Shown piece by piece: positions 12,798 through 24,392 of a DNA stretch of 64,000 nucleotides (the stretch's first letter is position 1; the number at the start of each line of letters is the position of its first letter). A model generated the notes under the pieces. The model was given only the letters and a program-made list of their open reading frames with translations. It was not told the origin of the DNA and ran no database searches. Made by a program: the position numbers and the translations under genes. Source of the DNA: Octopus vulgaris (taxonomy: Eukaryota); contig OX597827.1 in the NCBI GenBank assembly GCA_951406725.2, positions 65,534,001-65,598,000 of the forward strand, read 5' to 3'.

Positions 12798-13139
12798 TTC
12801 TTTATAAACAATTCCATTAGCCAAGCTTTCAACTCCTATTTTTCCTTATAACAATAATCAGTAGGGAACCTTATTCCTTATGGTTATTTATTTATTGCCG
12901 TCTCTTTTGTGCGAATTCTTGGTATAGTCCATTGTTCATAGAACACTTCATATTATTTATTTAGCACCAATGTACGTTAAAGCCATTCCTTGTCGATATT
13001 CAATTCTACCTTGTACTATGGATATCAAATTTTAGCACAAGACCAGCAGTTTCAGAGACGGAGGTAAGTCGATTACATCGACTGCAGTGCTACACATGTG
13101 CTTATTTCATCGACTCCCAAAATTTGAAAGTTTTATACA

Positions 13140-13319
13140 CACACATACATATATATATACATATATATACACATATATACGACGGGCTTCTTTCAGTTTC
13201 CGTCTACCAAATCCACTCACAAGGCTTTTGTCGGCCCGAGGCTATAGTAGAAGACACTTGCCACGCAGTGGGACTGAACCCGGAACCATGTAGTTGGTAA
13301 GCAAGCTACTTACCACACA
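13140..13319 (-). mobile_element. SINE B, partial
   Basis: CGACGGGCTTCTTTCAGTTTCCGTCTACCAAATCCACTCACAAGG..CTACTTACCACAC; flanked by degenerate SINE A fragments (about 13020-13115 and 13325-13450). Confidence 0.85.
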
Positions 13320-13716
13320 ATAATTGATTTCTAATATAGGCACAAAGCCAGAAATTGTAGGATTTAGGGATAGTCGATTAAAATCAACCCCAGTATTTGA
13401 CTGGTACTTATTTTATCAAGATCCAGAAGGAAAAAGGGCAAAGTCAGCCCTACACCTATAATAATTATTTTCTCTGGTACTGACATATTTCTTGTTTTTA
13501 ACATTATAAGTATTTACGACATGCTTCCTCCAGACGAATGCCACAGTTTCCAACATTTCTACAGTATATGTGCATTAGATATTATATACAGACTACTATT
13601 TAAATCTAATACTGCTTCGGGCTAAAATAACGAATTAACTATTATTGTACTCCGACATCCTGCTTTGTTTTACTTAGTTAAAAAAATATTTTACGCTTAT
13701 TCATATCATTCATCAT

Positions 13717-13930
13717 TATTGGGTTGTTCGGAAAGTTCGTACCTATTTATAGTAGCTTACCTTTCAACGTATTTTAGAACATGGTTGAGTCCATAAAATA
13801 GGATTTGACTACGCCTCCATTTAGAGCAAAGTGTAAGCTATCGTTTCATATTTTATTGATTAAAAATGCAATGGCATTAACCTTATGCTTCTCTATAAAA
13901 ATCGGCACGAACTTTATGGACAACCCAATA
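13717..13930. mobile_element. Tc1/mariner-type MITE
   Basis: TIRs TATTGGGTTGTTCGGAAAGTTCGTACC and GGCACGAACTTTATGGACAACCCAATA with TA at both ends. Confidence 0.85.
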
Positions 13931-14239
13931 TTTTTATTTTCTATATTCCTCTTTCTAGTCTACACAAATAGTACCAATCATCTTTAATATTATTTTCTCC
14001 TGTTTATAAATCAATTATTTGATAAAAACGATAAGAACCTTACAATCATCATCTATCCGTAATGGTAAAATGAATCATATTTTGATAATAAAACTCAGTA
14101 ATGTCAATCACAGTGATGAAATATTGGCAGAAATGAAGTTCATAAGAGCCCTTATTCAAAAACGTATTCGACATTTAGCACTTTAATGTCTTCGTAAACT
14201 TCTTGGTTTCCGCCACCCTTCCCCTACTTCCATCCTCCA

Positions 14240-14316
<77 letters not shown>

Positions 14317-14612
14317 TAACTACTACTACTAATACTACTACAATCACTACTACTACTAATACTACTACAATCACTACTACTACAACTACCACTACTACTA
14401 CTACTACTGCTACTGCTCCTGCTACAACTACTGCAACTACCACTACCGCTACTACTACTACTACAACTACTACTACTACTGCCACTGCTGCTGCTACAAC
14501 TACCGCTACTATTACTACCGCTACTACTACTACAACTACTACTACTAATACTACTACAATTACTACTACTACAACTACCACTACTACTACTACTGCTAAT
14601 GCTGCTGCTACA

Positions 14613-14668
<56 letters not shown>

Positions 14669-14790
14669 CATCACAATCATTTCCCCTTCACACTTCTTTG
14701 TCTTCTGTTCATTCTTCACCTTTGTCTTCACTTTCTTCTTCCCCTTTCTCTTCCTCCTCCTCCTCCTCCTCCTCCTCCGTCTACTCTCCC
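14240..14790. repeat. (CTA)n degenerate trinucleotide array plus CT-rich tract
   Basis: Direct read; explains the poly-Val and poly-Leu ORFs. Confidence 0.95.
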
Positions 14791-15314
14791 TCCTCATGCT
14801 CCTCAACCAACTTCCACCTGCTCTTCGCTCCCACCCAAGTTTCTAGCTATACGCCATCATTTTGAATCATCCATTTCATAATGGTGGTACTTATTTGATT
14901 TAAACATGCGCGCTAACAATTTAAGACACTACGATTTCTATTCCATTTCGATGCGGTGGGTTATTTTCCTAATGTAGTTTTGTTTATTTAAACTAAGTCT
15001 TCCATCTGCTCAAAAAAAGTTCCCTGTCATCTCCTTGTCATTATTAAGTGTCTTTCCATTACTCTTACAACTATGATTGCTGTAAGAATCAAAGATATTG
15101 AGTGACAGAAACAGCAAAGAAAAGAAATCAGGGTATGTTTCTTACAATTCGGGTCAATTTATGGCTGTTCATGTCAATCTGTAAGCTTTTAGCTCCCAGA
15201 TATATTTGTGTATATACTTCGTGATGGGAAATTTAGAAATCGCTTCGATTTCCAAAGTTGTATGCAATTATGTGTGTATGTATGTTTGTAAGTATGTATG
15301 TGTATGTTGTGAGA

Positions 15315-15380
<66 letters not shown>

Positions 15381-15390
15381 CATAACGCGA

Positions 15391-16893
15391 ATGGGCCCCA
15401 ACTATGCGAACCTGTTCGTTGGCTATGTTGAGGCCCAAATATTCTCTACTTTCACTGGTCCCACTCCTGAACTATATGGTCGTTATATTGACGACATTAT
15501 CGGTGCCACCTCACTCTCCCGCGAACATCTAGATTCCTTCCTCTCTTTCGTCCAATCTTTCCATCCAGCCCTCCACTTCACTTCCACTATCTCCAACACC
15601 TCTGTCTCCTTCCTCGACATTTCGGTTAGCATTCTTGACTCCACTCTTACCACCTCCATTCACTACAAACACACAGACTCACACTCATACCTCAACTTCT
15701 CTTCCTCCCACCCAGAACACACCAAGCTTTCCATCCCCTATTCCCAATTCCTCCGTCTACGTAGGCTCTGTAGTGACGACCATGACTTTGAGACTCAGTC
15801 TCAACGTATGGCTCACCACTTCACCCTACGTGGATACCCCCTCACCACTATCCACACCGCCCTTGCCAGAGCACGGTCCGTGGACCGTGTATCTGCTCTC
15901 TCTCCCCGAACCCGCCCTGTAGTCTCCCGCCTCCCTTTTCCCCTCACTTACCACCCCACGACCCTACGTCTCCAACGCACCATTCTTCGAGCTTTCCGTC
16001 ATCTCCAGTCCGACCCGTCCACTTCACACCTCTTCCCTAACCGACCCCTCCCCTCTTTCAAACGAGCCCACAACCTTCGAGACCTTTTGGTCCATAGCTC
16101 CTTCCCTGACCCTACCTCCCAACCCGGCTCGTTCCCCTGCTCCCGCCCACGTTGCCGCACTTGCCCTTACCTCTCCAACACCACCCGCCTCACTAGCACC
16201 CACCATCGACCCTATCCCATCATCCACTCCTTCACCTGCACCTCCAGCAATATTATCTATTGCATCTCTTGCTCTCTCTGCAATTCCTTGTACATCGGAC
16301 AAACGGGACGCCGCTTGGCTGACCGGTTCGCGGAACACCTTCGTGACATCCACCTTGCGAACGACACACCGGTCTCACGCCATTTCCGCTCCACCGGTCA
16401 CTCCTTGCAACACCTATCTGTGTTCGGTTTGTCCTTACACAGAGGCCATCCGGATTCCCGTTTGCGCCGTGAACAGGAATTAATCTTCTCTCTTCGCTCT
16501 TATACGCCATTTGGTCTCAACTCTCCCCCCTCCTCATCTAACCCCCTCTCCCCCTCCTCACCTATCCTTTCTCCCCCGACCCCCACTTCTTCAGTCCTTC
16601 ATCCTTTCACCCCTACTCCCCTTCCCTTCTTCCCTCTTTCTCCCTCCCTCTTCCTCTTCCCTCTGCTCCCTCACTCCCTCTCTCCCCTTCTCTCTCCCCC
16701 TCTCCCTCTTTCCTCCTTCATCCCTCTCCTCCCCTTCCTTCTCCCCATCCTCTCCTCTTCACCCTCCCCTCCCCCTCTTCTTCCCCTCCCCTTCTCCCCC
16801 TCTTCTCCCCTCCCCCTCTTCTCCTCACTACACCACATGACTTTACACATCACATCACATATGATGTGCCATACTAATACACACACCAACTAA
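15391..16893 (+). CDS. Penelope-like reverse transcriptase (C-terminal half) / Cys linker / GIY-YIG endonuclease, N-terminally truncated
   Basis: TRMGPNYANLF and RYIDD RT motifs, FLD..HYKHTDSHSYL..S.HP..K.SIPYSQFLRLRRLCS thumb region, CSRPRCRTC..FTC linker, NIIYCISC..C..LYIGQTGR.L..RF.EH..REQ..I..L....PFGLN. The ATG is internal, and the domains end near 16521. Confidence 0.95.
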   Translation: MGPNYANLFVGYVEAQIFSTFTGPTPELYGRYIDDIIGATSLSREHLDSFLSFVQSFHPALHFTSTISNTSVSFLDISVSILDSTLTTSIHYKHTDSHSYLNFSSSHPEHTKLSIPYSQFLRLRRLCSDDHDFETQSQRMAHHFTLRGYPLTTIHTALARARSVDRVSALSPRTRPVVSRLPFPLTYHPTTLRLQRTILRAFRHLQSDPSTSHLFPNRPLPSFKRAHNLRDLLVHSSFPDPTSQPGSFPCSRPRCRTCPYLSNTTRLTSTHHRPYPIIHSFTCTSSNIIYCISCSLCNSLYIGQTGRRLADRFAEHLRDIHLANDTPVSRHFRSTGHSLQHLSVFGLSLHRGHPDSRLRREQELIFSLRSYTPFGLNSPPSSSNPLSPSSPILSPPTPTSSVLHPFTPTPLPFFPLSPSLFLFPLLPHSLSPLLSPPLPLSSFIPLLPFLLPILSSSPSPPPLLPLPFSPSSPLPLFSSLHHMTLHITSHMMCHTNTHTN

Positions 16894-17200
16894 TACATAC
16901 TAATACGTACTAATACATACTAGTACATACTAATACTTACACCAACCCTATACATACACACGTCCAGACCCCGCATACGCACTTATACTCTCTCACACAC
17001 ACACACACACCTATACATACCAATACGTACTAATACATACTAATACATACTAATACATACACCAACCCCATACATACGCACGTCCAGACCAATCCCACGC
17101 ACTAATACTCTCTCATACACACACACACACACACACACACCCTTATACATACTAATACCTACACCAACCCTATACATACACATCCAGACCCCTCCCACGC
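16890..17200 (+). repeat. Three diverged tandem units (about 115 bp) in the Penelope 3' region
   Basis: Recurring (TAATACATAC)n-ACCAACCC(T/C)ATACATAC..TCCAGACC..CACGCACT; (CA)n separates the units. Confidence 0.85.
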
Positions 17201-17297
17201 ACTTTTAGCTGGTCCCTATATATCTCCCCTTATTTCGCTCTCGCGTCTCATATATACATATATATATACTGCACGCATTTTTTCTCTCCTTCTTTCT

Positions 17298-17343
17298 GTG
17301 TTTTTCTCTCTCTCTGTGTATATAGGCTCGAAACGTTAAAGAC
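17298..17343 (+). ncRNA. Damaged minimal hammerhead-like motif of the Penelope element
   Basis: CTGTG...TAGGCTC-GAAA-CGTT-AAAGAC; the GAAGAGC part seen at 57811-57853 is missing. Confidence 0.5.
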
Positions 17344-17396
17344 TTGTTTTATTTATATTTCCTGAGCGCCATACTAATACAATTGTTCGTATATAT

Positions 17397-17497
<101 letters not shown>

Positions 17498-17555
17498 ATA
17501 TAAATATATACATATATACCATGTTAACAGAAACCATATGCACACTTACATAGAC

Positions 17556-17600
<45 letters not shown>

Positions 17601-17624
17601 TATAGTGATATATCTTTATACATA

Positions 17625-18484
17625 CTGACCCGCCTGATCAAGACGACTTTCGGGCCGGGACCTATCGACAACTTCCAGAGATCCCTTGCCTGAAGTGCTA
17701 TCGAGAAGCGCTACATGGTTGGAATAAGCTCTACAGGCATAGCTCGAGAAACATGGGGCCGACCTGCTCGAGATGCGGTTAGCGCGACGAAACCGTTCTG
17801 CACGCACTTGTGAACTGTCCAAACATTTCCGACCTGTGAACCTATGTCGAACGACTGCTATCGCGTTTGGGACGAGTCAATTTATCAACCGAGTTTATCG
17901 TGAATATTGTCGCGCGTCCTTCCATGAAACCGGAAGGAAGAGACATTTTCATCGTACTTATGGTTATGGTGAAAGAATGCGTATGGAGGACGCGTCAGAA
18001 AGGTCTCGAGACACGCACTTTACTCTCTGGTGAATCTCTCATCAACTTCTTCAAGTATCACATGATGAGAAAGGTGAGAGTAGAGAGGGAAATTTTGTCT
18101 AGCGACTGTTTAAAAAAAAGATGGGTGAATGTAGCAAGGATGGCATGTGTGAACGACGGAGCCACCTCGAGCATAATCCTATGAGAAAAAAAGAAGGGGA
18201 AAAGAGAGTCACTTACTGTAATGTAGTTTTTTTTGCATGACATTTTTGCCCAAGGTTACTGTGGTCTTTTCCTTAGGCTTTTCTTCCAACAGTTAAACCT
18301 AATCTGTTTCTTTTTGTTACATTATGACATTTCTGTGATACACGATACCCATTGATCGGCCTTTTTTTCCCTCAGATCACTTTTGATCGAAATTCTGCCC
18401 TCCTTTTTCTCTTCTTCCCAAAAAGAAAAGCTCTACTTTGTATTTTGTCCCTTGTCTGTTCAGCCCTGTGTGGCCAATAAAGAT
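17625..18484 (+). mobile_element. Tx1/L1-clade LINE 3' end (ORF2 zinc knuckle plus 3'UTR)
   Basis: CSRCG*RDETVLHALVNC (CCHC knuckle), KECVWRTR..F.....ERE......KKRW to a stop at 18184; ends AGCCCTGTGTGGCCAATAAAGA then (ATCT)n. Confidence 0.88.
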
Positions 18485-18494
18485 ACCTACCTAC

Positions 18495-18567
<73 letters not shown>

Positions 18568-18571
18568 AGAA

Positions 18572-18608
<37 letters not shown>

Positions 18609-18610
<2 letters not shown>

Positions 18611-19193
18611 GGCGAAAGAATGTATCTGGTGGACGCGTCTGAAAGGATTGGAGACAAACACTTTCCTCTCTGGTCAATCTCTCATCAACTTCTTCAAGTA
18701 CCACTTGAAAAGGAAAGTGAGAGTAGAGAGGCAAGTTTTGTCTAGCGAATGTTTTAAAAGATGGTGAATGTAGCAAGAATGGCACGTATGAATGACGAAG
18801 CCACCTTGAGCATAGTCCTATGAACCCAGAAATCGAAAACAGAGAGTTGCTTATTTGCAAAAAAAAAAAAAAGAAATATAAAATTTGACATCATTGACCG
18901 AGGTTACCGTGGTCTTTTCCGTAGGCTTTTATTTGCACGGGTAAACCTCACCTGTCCTCCCCTTTACACTTCATATTGACATTTCTGTGATAACGATCCC
19001 TATTGATCAATTTTTTTTCCTCCCCCTTTTTTTAAACCCCCTTTTTTTTGTCCTCTTTCCCTCCTTTTACGATCCCTTTTGATCGAAACTCCCCCTTCCT
19101 TTTTTTTTTTTTTTTTTCTTAAACCTTCAAAAGAAAAGCTCTACCTTGTAATTTGTTCTATCTGTGTGCAGCCCTGTGTGGCTAATAAAGAAA
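18609..19193 (+). mobile_element. Second, shorter copy of the same Tx1-like LINE
   Basis: Colinear with about 17965-18484 but diverged; (ATCT)n on both sides. Confidence 0.9.
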
Positions 19194-19229
19194 CATATCT
19201 ATCTATCTATCTATCTATCTATCTAAATA

Positions 19230-19990
19230 GATCCATTATTTATTACCGCTTGACTGTCGTCCCTGGTCCTGTTTGGTTGTTGACCAAGTTGGTGGGCTTA
19301 TTCTTCTGGTTTATCGGTAAGGGGTTCATTCCACTGGTTAAGCGCTCCATGCGTTGTCAACAGCTGCTGAATGGAGAGCTGGGCATGCTATGGTTACTGA
19401 TGCGCAGACATGCGTTGAGGTTGCGGCATCTCCACCATCTCCTTGACGGTAACCAGGTGTGATCACTGTTTGTAAAAGACACATTTCCACAGATCGTCTG
19501 TTTCACTGAGTTGTAATCCTAGATTAGGCGTAGAACGAGATAGGGCGCTTGACATCTTGTGTGCCGTCAAACGTTCACAGCCCTTTACCAGGCGGGCAAT
19601 GTGGTTGGTGGCAGTTCTACTATAACATTCTATAGAGTGGTAGTGGATGGAAAGTGTGACGACGTTTGCTGGTAAACTATAGGCGTCCATGAAGATCACC
19701 TATCCGGTCTGTTTGGAAGAACTTTCAGGCCTCGGCCTATGGATAACTTCCACAAACCACTTGCCTGGCAGTGTTACTGAGGAGAACTACCTGTTTGGAA
19801 TAAACTTTACAGGCATGGAAGTACCGTCGGCCGAGCCCACCTGAATTGTGCCAAGAAAAATAAAACCGTTCTGCATGCCCTAGTCCAGTTCCCGAGTATT
19901 GCTCACCTGTGGGTTTATGCCGAACACCTGCTGTTGCGTGACGGATCTGACTATCGGCTGAATCCATCGTGAAAATTTCGCCACGAAGGG
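19230..19990 (-). mobile_element. Possible degenerate Gypsy-like gag fragment
   Basis: Higher-GC unique segment; translations such as DAYSLPANVVTL, DDLWKCVFYKQ and KMVEM..QRMERLTS loosely follow Gypsy gag patterns; many disruptions. Confidence 0.35.
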
Positions 19991-20224
19991 CAGTCAATTT
20001 TTTATTTGATTAATGACTGTACCAAAAAGTGTAGTATGGTGGACACGTTTGAATGGTCTAATGATAAATACTTTCCACTGGACAATCCCTCACCAACTTT
20101 TCCAAGTTTAATTTGAAATGGAAGCTGAGGGAGCAGAGGGAAGCGCTTCCTTCTCGCAAGTCTCTTGAAAGGTGGATGACTGTTAGAAGAGTCTCCAGTG
20201 TGAATGGGCCAATTCTAAGCGCAC

Positions 20225-20470
20225 ACCTGTAAAAAGAGAATCAACGGAGAAGCGCTCTTGTCCTGTTGTTCAGGCTCTCATAACTCTTGTGGGTTTTTCC
20301 ACGAGGACCTTAAAGTGCCACCCTTATTGGGAGTCATAATTCAATTTTTTATTGTTATTACATCGTCTACACGCGAAAACTCATTGTATTGTTCCGTTTT
20401 TGTCTTTTATGTTGTTGTATGTCAATTAATGTTATTGCATATGAGCCCTTGTGGCTAATAAAAGAATAAA
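20225..20470 (+). mobile_element. 3' end of a second LINE family with an (ATT)n tail
   Basis: T-rich UTR ending AGCCCTTGTGGCTAATAAAAGAATA followed by (ATT)n; same terminal motif as the Tx1 copies. Confidence 0.55.
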
Positions 20471-20488
20471 TTATTATTATTATTATTA

Positions 20489-20543
<55 letters not shown>

Positions 20544-20552
20544 CATTATTAT

Positions 20553-20766
20553 TAAGACGGCGAGCTGGTAGTATAATTAGCATGCATTGTAAAACGCTTA
20601 GCATCAATTCGGCCGTCGTTGCGTTCTGGTTTCAAATTCCGCAGAGGTCGACTTTGCATTTCATCCTTTCGGGATCGATAAATTAAGTACCAGTTGCGTA
20701 CTGGAGTTGATCAATCGTCTAGGCCCTCACCCCCAAATTTCAAGCCTTGTGTCTATAGTAGAAAGG

Positions 20767-20770
<4 letters not shown>
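20553..20770 (+). mobile_element. SINE A monomer with alternative tail (type b)
   Basis: Head and core as at 7313, ends CCCCAAATTTCAAGCCTTGTGTCTATAGTAGAAAGGA; (ATT)n on both sides. Confidence 0.85.
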
Positions 20771-20840
<70 letters not shown>

Positions 20841-21215
20841 GCAGTAGTTTTATTTTTATAGCGTGCTTTCACTTCACTACCGAGCACAGCTCTGTGTGCC
20901 TTGGGTATGTGCTGTGGTTTGCTGTGATGCTCTTATGGTTACTGTATTGAAAGTGTTTTGCGTAGAATGTGTGCTGTGCCTAGTAGTGCAATTTTCTGTA
21001 TGTTATATGTGTTTGTAAGACCTGGTATTTTTGTTATGTATTTGTCTGAATATTGTTTTATCATGCCTAATGCACCTACTATGATAGGAATTGTTTCTGT
21101 TTTTAGATTCCACATTCTAGTTACCTTTATTTCCATGTCTTTGTAGTTTGAAAGTTTCTCCATTTCTTTGGTATTGATTTCTGCTGGTATTGATACATCA
21201 ATTAGAAAGCATTTT
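20841..21215 (-). mobile_element. R4/Dong-clade non-LTR retrotransposon 3' fragment (restriction-like endonuclease)
   Basis: KKCFLIDVSIP...KEMEKLSNYKD..I...W......IPIIVGALG..........IQKIALLGTAHILRK is the typical RLE C-terminus; embedded in (TAA)n, the known Dong target type. Confidence 0.88.
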
Positions 21216-21272
21216 TTATTATCATTATCATTATTATTATTATTATTGTTGTTATTATCATTACTATTATTA

Positions 21273-21331
<59 letters not shown>

Positions 21332-21989
21332 GTTGTTGTTATTATTATTATTGTTGTTGTTGTTGTTGTTGTTATCATCCTCATCATCATCTTTATTATT
21401 GTTGTTGTTTCTTCTTCCGTAACCACCTTCTAAACAATAATACACCAATGTCAAAGCAGGTGAAGCCATTCAGATCTGATATAACTCTATTTGGCTTTCG
21501 TTGCTAGATAATATTTGATGTATTCCAATGGGCTACTTGAAATACAATATTTCTAAGAGATGGCCAGGTTTCAATTATTGTCTTTCTACGAGAGATTCCT
21601 TGATGTCCATTCTTCAATCTACCAAATTTCTAGCGTTTCTTTTCATCGCTCGAACTATATTTAATTAACGTGGTTGCATTGTAATGTGTCTAGACTTCAT
21701 AAAGGACAGGAAAAATACAGGAATAAGAAAGACATGAAATACGAATTGTTGGCTGTCTTAGTGATAAGCGACATCACCAACACCGCCATTATTTTGAATA
21801 TCTGCCAGATAGAGAGACAGCGAGAGACAGTGAGAGAGATGGAGGGAGGTGGGAGGAGATACACACATATAGAGTGAGAGTGAGATATTGAGAGAGAGGA
21901 AGTGTGTGAGAGAGACATGAATACCGAATGACAATGACCTTTTGAGAGAGTACATTACTTGCAAAAGTAATTGCGATGCAGTCATAATA

Positions 21990-22192
21990 TCTGTTTCTTT
22001 ATTACCCACAAGGGGCTAAACATAGAGGGGAAAACAAGGACAGACAAACGGAATAAGTGTGTAGCTGGTACTTCATTTATCGATCTGGAAAGGATGAAAG
22101 GCAAAGTCGACCTCGGCATAATTTGAACTCAGAACGTAGCGAGAGGCGAAATGCCGCTAAGCATTTCGCCCGGCGATTCTGCCAGCTCGCCG
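21990..22192 (-). mobile_element. SINE A, internally deleted
   Basis: TTTCTTTATTACCCACAAGGGGCTAAAC..GGATGAAAGGCAAAGTCGACCTCGGC..GCCAGCTCGCCG. Confidence 0.85.
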
Positions 22193-22194
22193 CG

Positions 22195-22671
22195 TTATAT
22201 GTAGCACATAGGTAAATCGCATGTGCTGAAGCGCAAATAAGTTCGGAATTTTTGGAAAACTCGATAATACCCATATGTCATCGAATTTTGTGAGCTCAAT
22301 CGGGCGTTTAAATCGAAATTCCCATAACGATATTATTTTTCCTGCAGCATTTGCCTTTTTTTAAATCTGATTTTGATGAAAATCGGTGTGTGAGTGAGGC
22401 TCTTGGCAGTGAGTAGATGGCAGTGTATGGCGTTGACGAAGAATCGATAATTTAGCCTGAGCATTGGTTTTATAAAATCGGTAGTCTTTTTGCATGAAAA
22501 TACCCATAGAGATTTTATTTTTGGCCGTGAATTTATATTTGTTATCTGATTTTAATGACACTTGAGATGCATGTAAATTGGCACGGGGAACGTAGAAAAT
22601 TTCAATACAAGGTCAGAGGTGGGCTTAACTTCAAGACGGAAAATACGAGCAACGCCGGGTCCATCAGCTAG
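22195..22671 (+). mobile_element. Helitron-type remnant (3' end)
   Basis: Ends CGAGCAACGCCGGG-TCCATCAG-CTAG|T (degenerate hairpin plus CTAG); 5' limit uncertain. Confidence 0.55.
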
Positions 22672-22783
22672 TCTTCATATGTATATATTTGTATGTCGAA
22701 TGTAACAAATTTAGAGATATATCATACTGGTTTCATATCTAGCGTGAACTAGACATATCATCAGTTTCTAGAAATAATAACAG

Positions 22784-22814
<31 letters not shown>

Positions 22815-23575
22815 CTGTGTGTCTGTGTGTGTGTTTATGTGTGTGTGTGCGTGTGTGTGTGTGCGTGTATGCATGTATATGTGTATTTCCACTCTCAGAC
22901 ATATGCACATGCGCAAGCGGGTTAAGCGTAATATGGCGTATAATTATGAATCTATACGTTTTGTCAACATATGTAATATTATGAAATATTCCATGAATGC
23001 AATAATAATGATTAAAGTTCTATCAAATTCCTTGGTGCTTACACAAAATGATAAAATCAATATTAATTTTCACCGAAAAGTACTTATCAACTTAAAACTA
23101 AATGAAATAAATTTCTCATTTCTCTATTTGCAGCAAATATTAAATTAGTTTTTAATTTTTTTTTAATCATCGTAATGAAAAACGCATCTCTGCAAAATTT
23201 CGTAATAGGAAAGTATACTTTTCAGGAAGTTTTAAGAAGCCTCTTGTATAAACGTCTTCTCTGCTCTACTCTTTTCTCTTCATGTAAATCGTGGCTGAAG
23301 AAATCGATTTCCCAGCCAACATTTATATAAGATAATATTGAATTTAAACTATAGATCAAGATCGGCAATGCTGCGGGAGAGGATACATCAATTACCTCTA
23401 TCCCAGAGTTCAGCTGGTATTTATTTTATCGATCCCGAACCTATGAGATGTAAAGACTCAGAAGGTAAAGTCGGAAAAAGTGTGCTAGTCAACTGAGCCG
23501 GCTCGCTGCCTTATACATTAGTTAGTTTTGAATAAAATCATAATCCCAATACACCCTCCCCTCATCTATCTCCCC

Positions 23576-23623
<48 letters not shown>

Positions 23624-24286
23624 TTCACATATACACGCATGAACAGATCGACAAATTTTTAAAGTAGGTAAGGCTCTCTATGCAATTTAGTTTCGATGAA
23701 ATTGGGGGTGACTAAATTATGAGCCAATTAATTTTTCTCGATGCACCTTTCTTTCAACGTTTTCCATATACCCAAATATGCTTCAGGCGTTATCACTCTG
23801 AAATTATATATATAACATGCGCATTGCTCTAAAACAGCATGTATGCTTATTTTACAGTTTAAATGAGGAGGTGATAACTTATTCATAATTTCAGATCTTT
23901 GTTGACTGCTCTTCAGGATAAACATATCCCCACATCTTCTCACAATTCGTAGAAATAGAACGTCTAGCTCCTATGTGAAGTAACCCCAAATTAAGTTCGC
24001 ACCATGTCAGACGGCCTAATTTGGTATATCTGTTGCAGGAGGGACGCTAGTACTTTAACTTCGAGAAAGAAACCAAGTAATTATCTACGAGAAACTGTAG
24101 AGGATACGAGAAACTGTAGAGGATACCCTTGTTTTCCTCCTTATCAACAGAAAAAAAAAAAATGTGATTACAATCGAGAATTATAAACCCCCAGAATTTT
24201 CTCGGCGAACCTTTCCCTCAAACTTTTGGAAGCACCCAAAGTTTGATTCAAGCGCTATCACACTGAAATTATTGCATGTAGTTAAG

Positions 24287-24318
<32 letters not shown>

Positions 24319-24392
24319 TGTATGTATGTATGTATGTATGTATATACATATATATATATATGTATATATGTATATACATATATATATATAGA

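Larger units (their letters stand above)
15383..17390 (+). mobile_element. 5'-truncated Penelope-like retroelement (Neptune type), inserted in (TA)n
   Basis: RT plus GIY-YIG ORF, followed by a repeat-rich 3' region and a GGCTCGAAACG motif shared with 57722-58110; (TA)n on both sides. Confidence 0.93.

Noticed and set aside
14183-14806. 207-aa poly-Val ORF resembling a membrane protein
   Set aside because: It is the reverse strand of a (CTA)n array.
15146-15178. 33-nt minus-strand micro-exon (IDMNSHKLTRI) between CTTACAG and GTAAGA
   Set aside because: Poor polypyrimidine tract and no supporting neighbouring exons.
16522-16893. Pro/Ser/Leu-rich C-terminal domain of the Penelope ORF
   Set aside because: It stays open mainly because a C/T tract cannot form stop codons; not counted as a protein domain.
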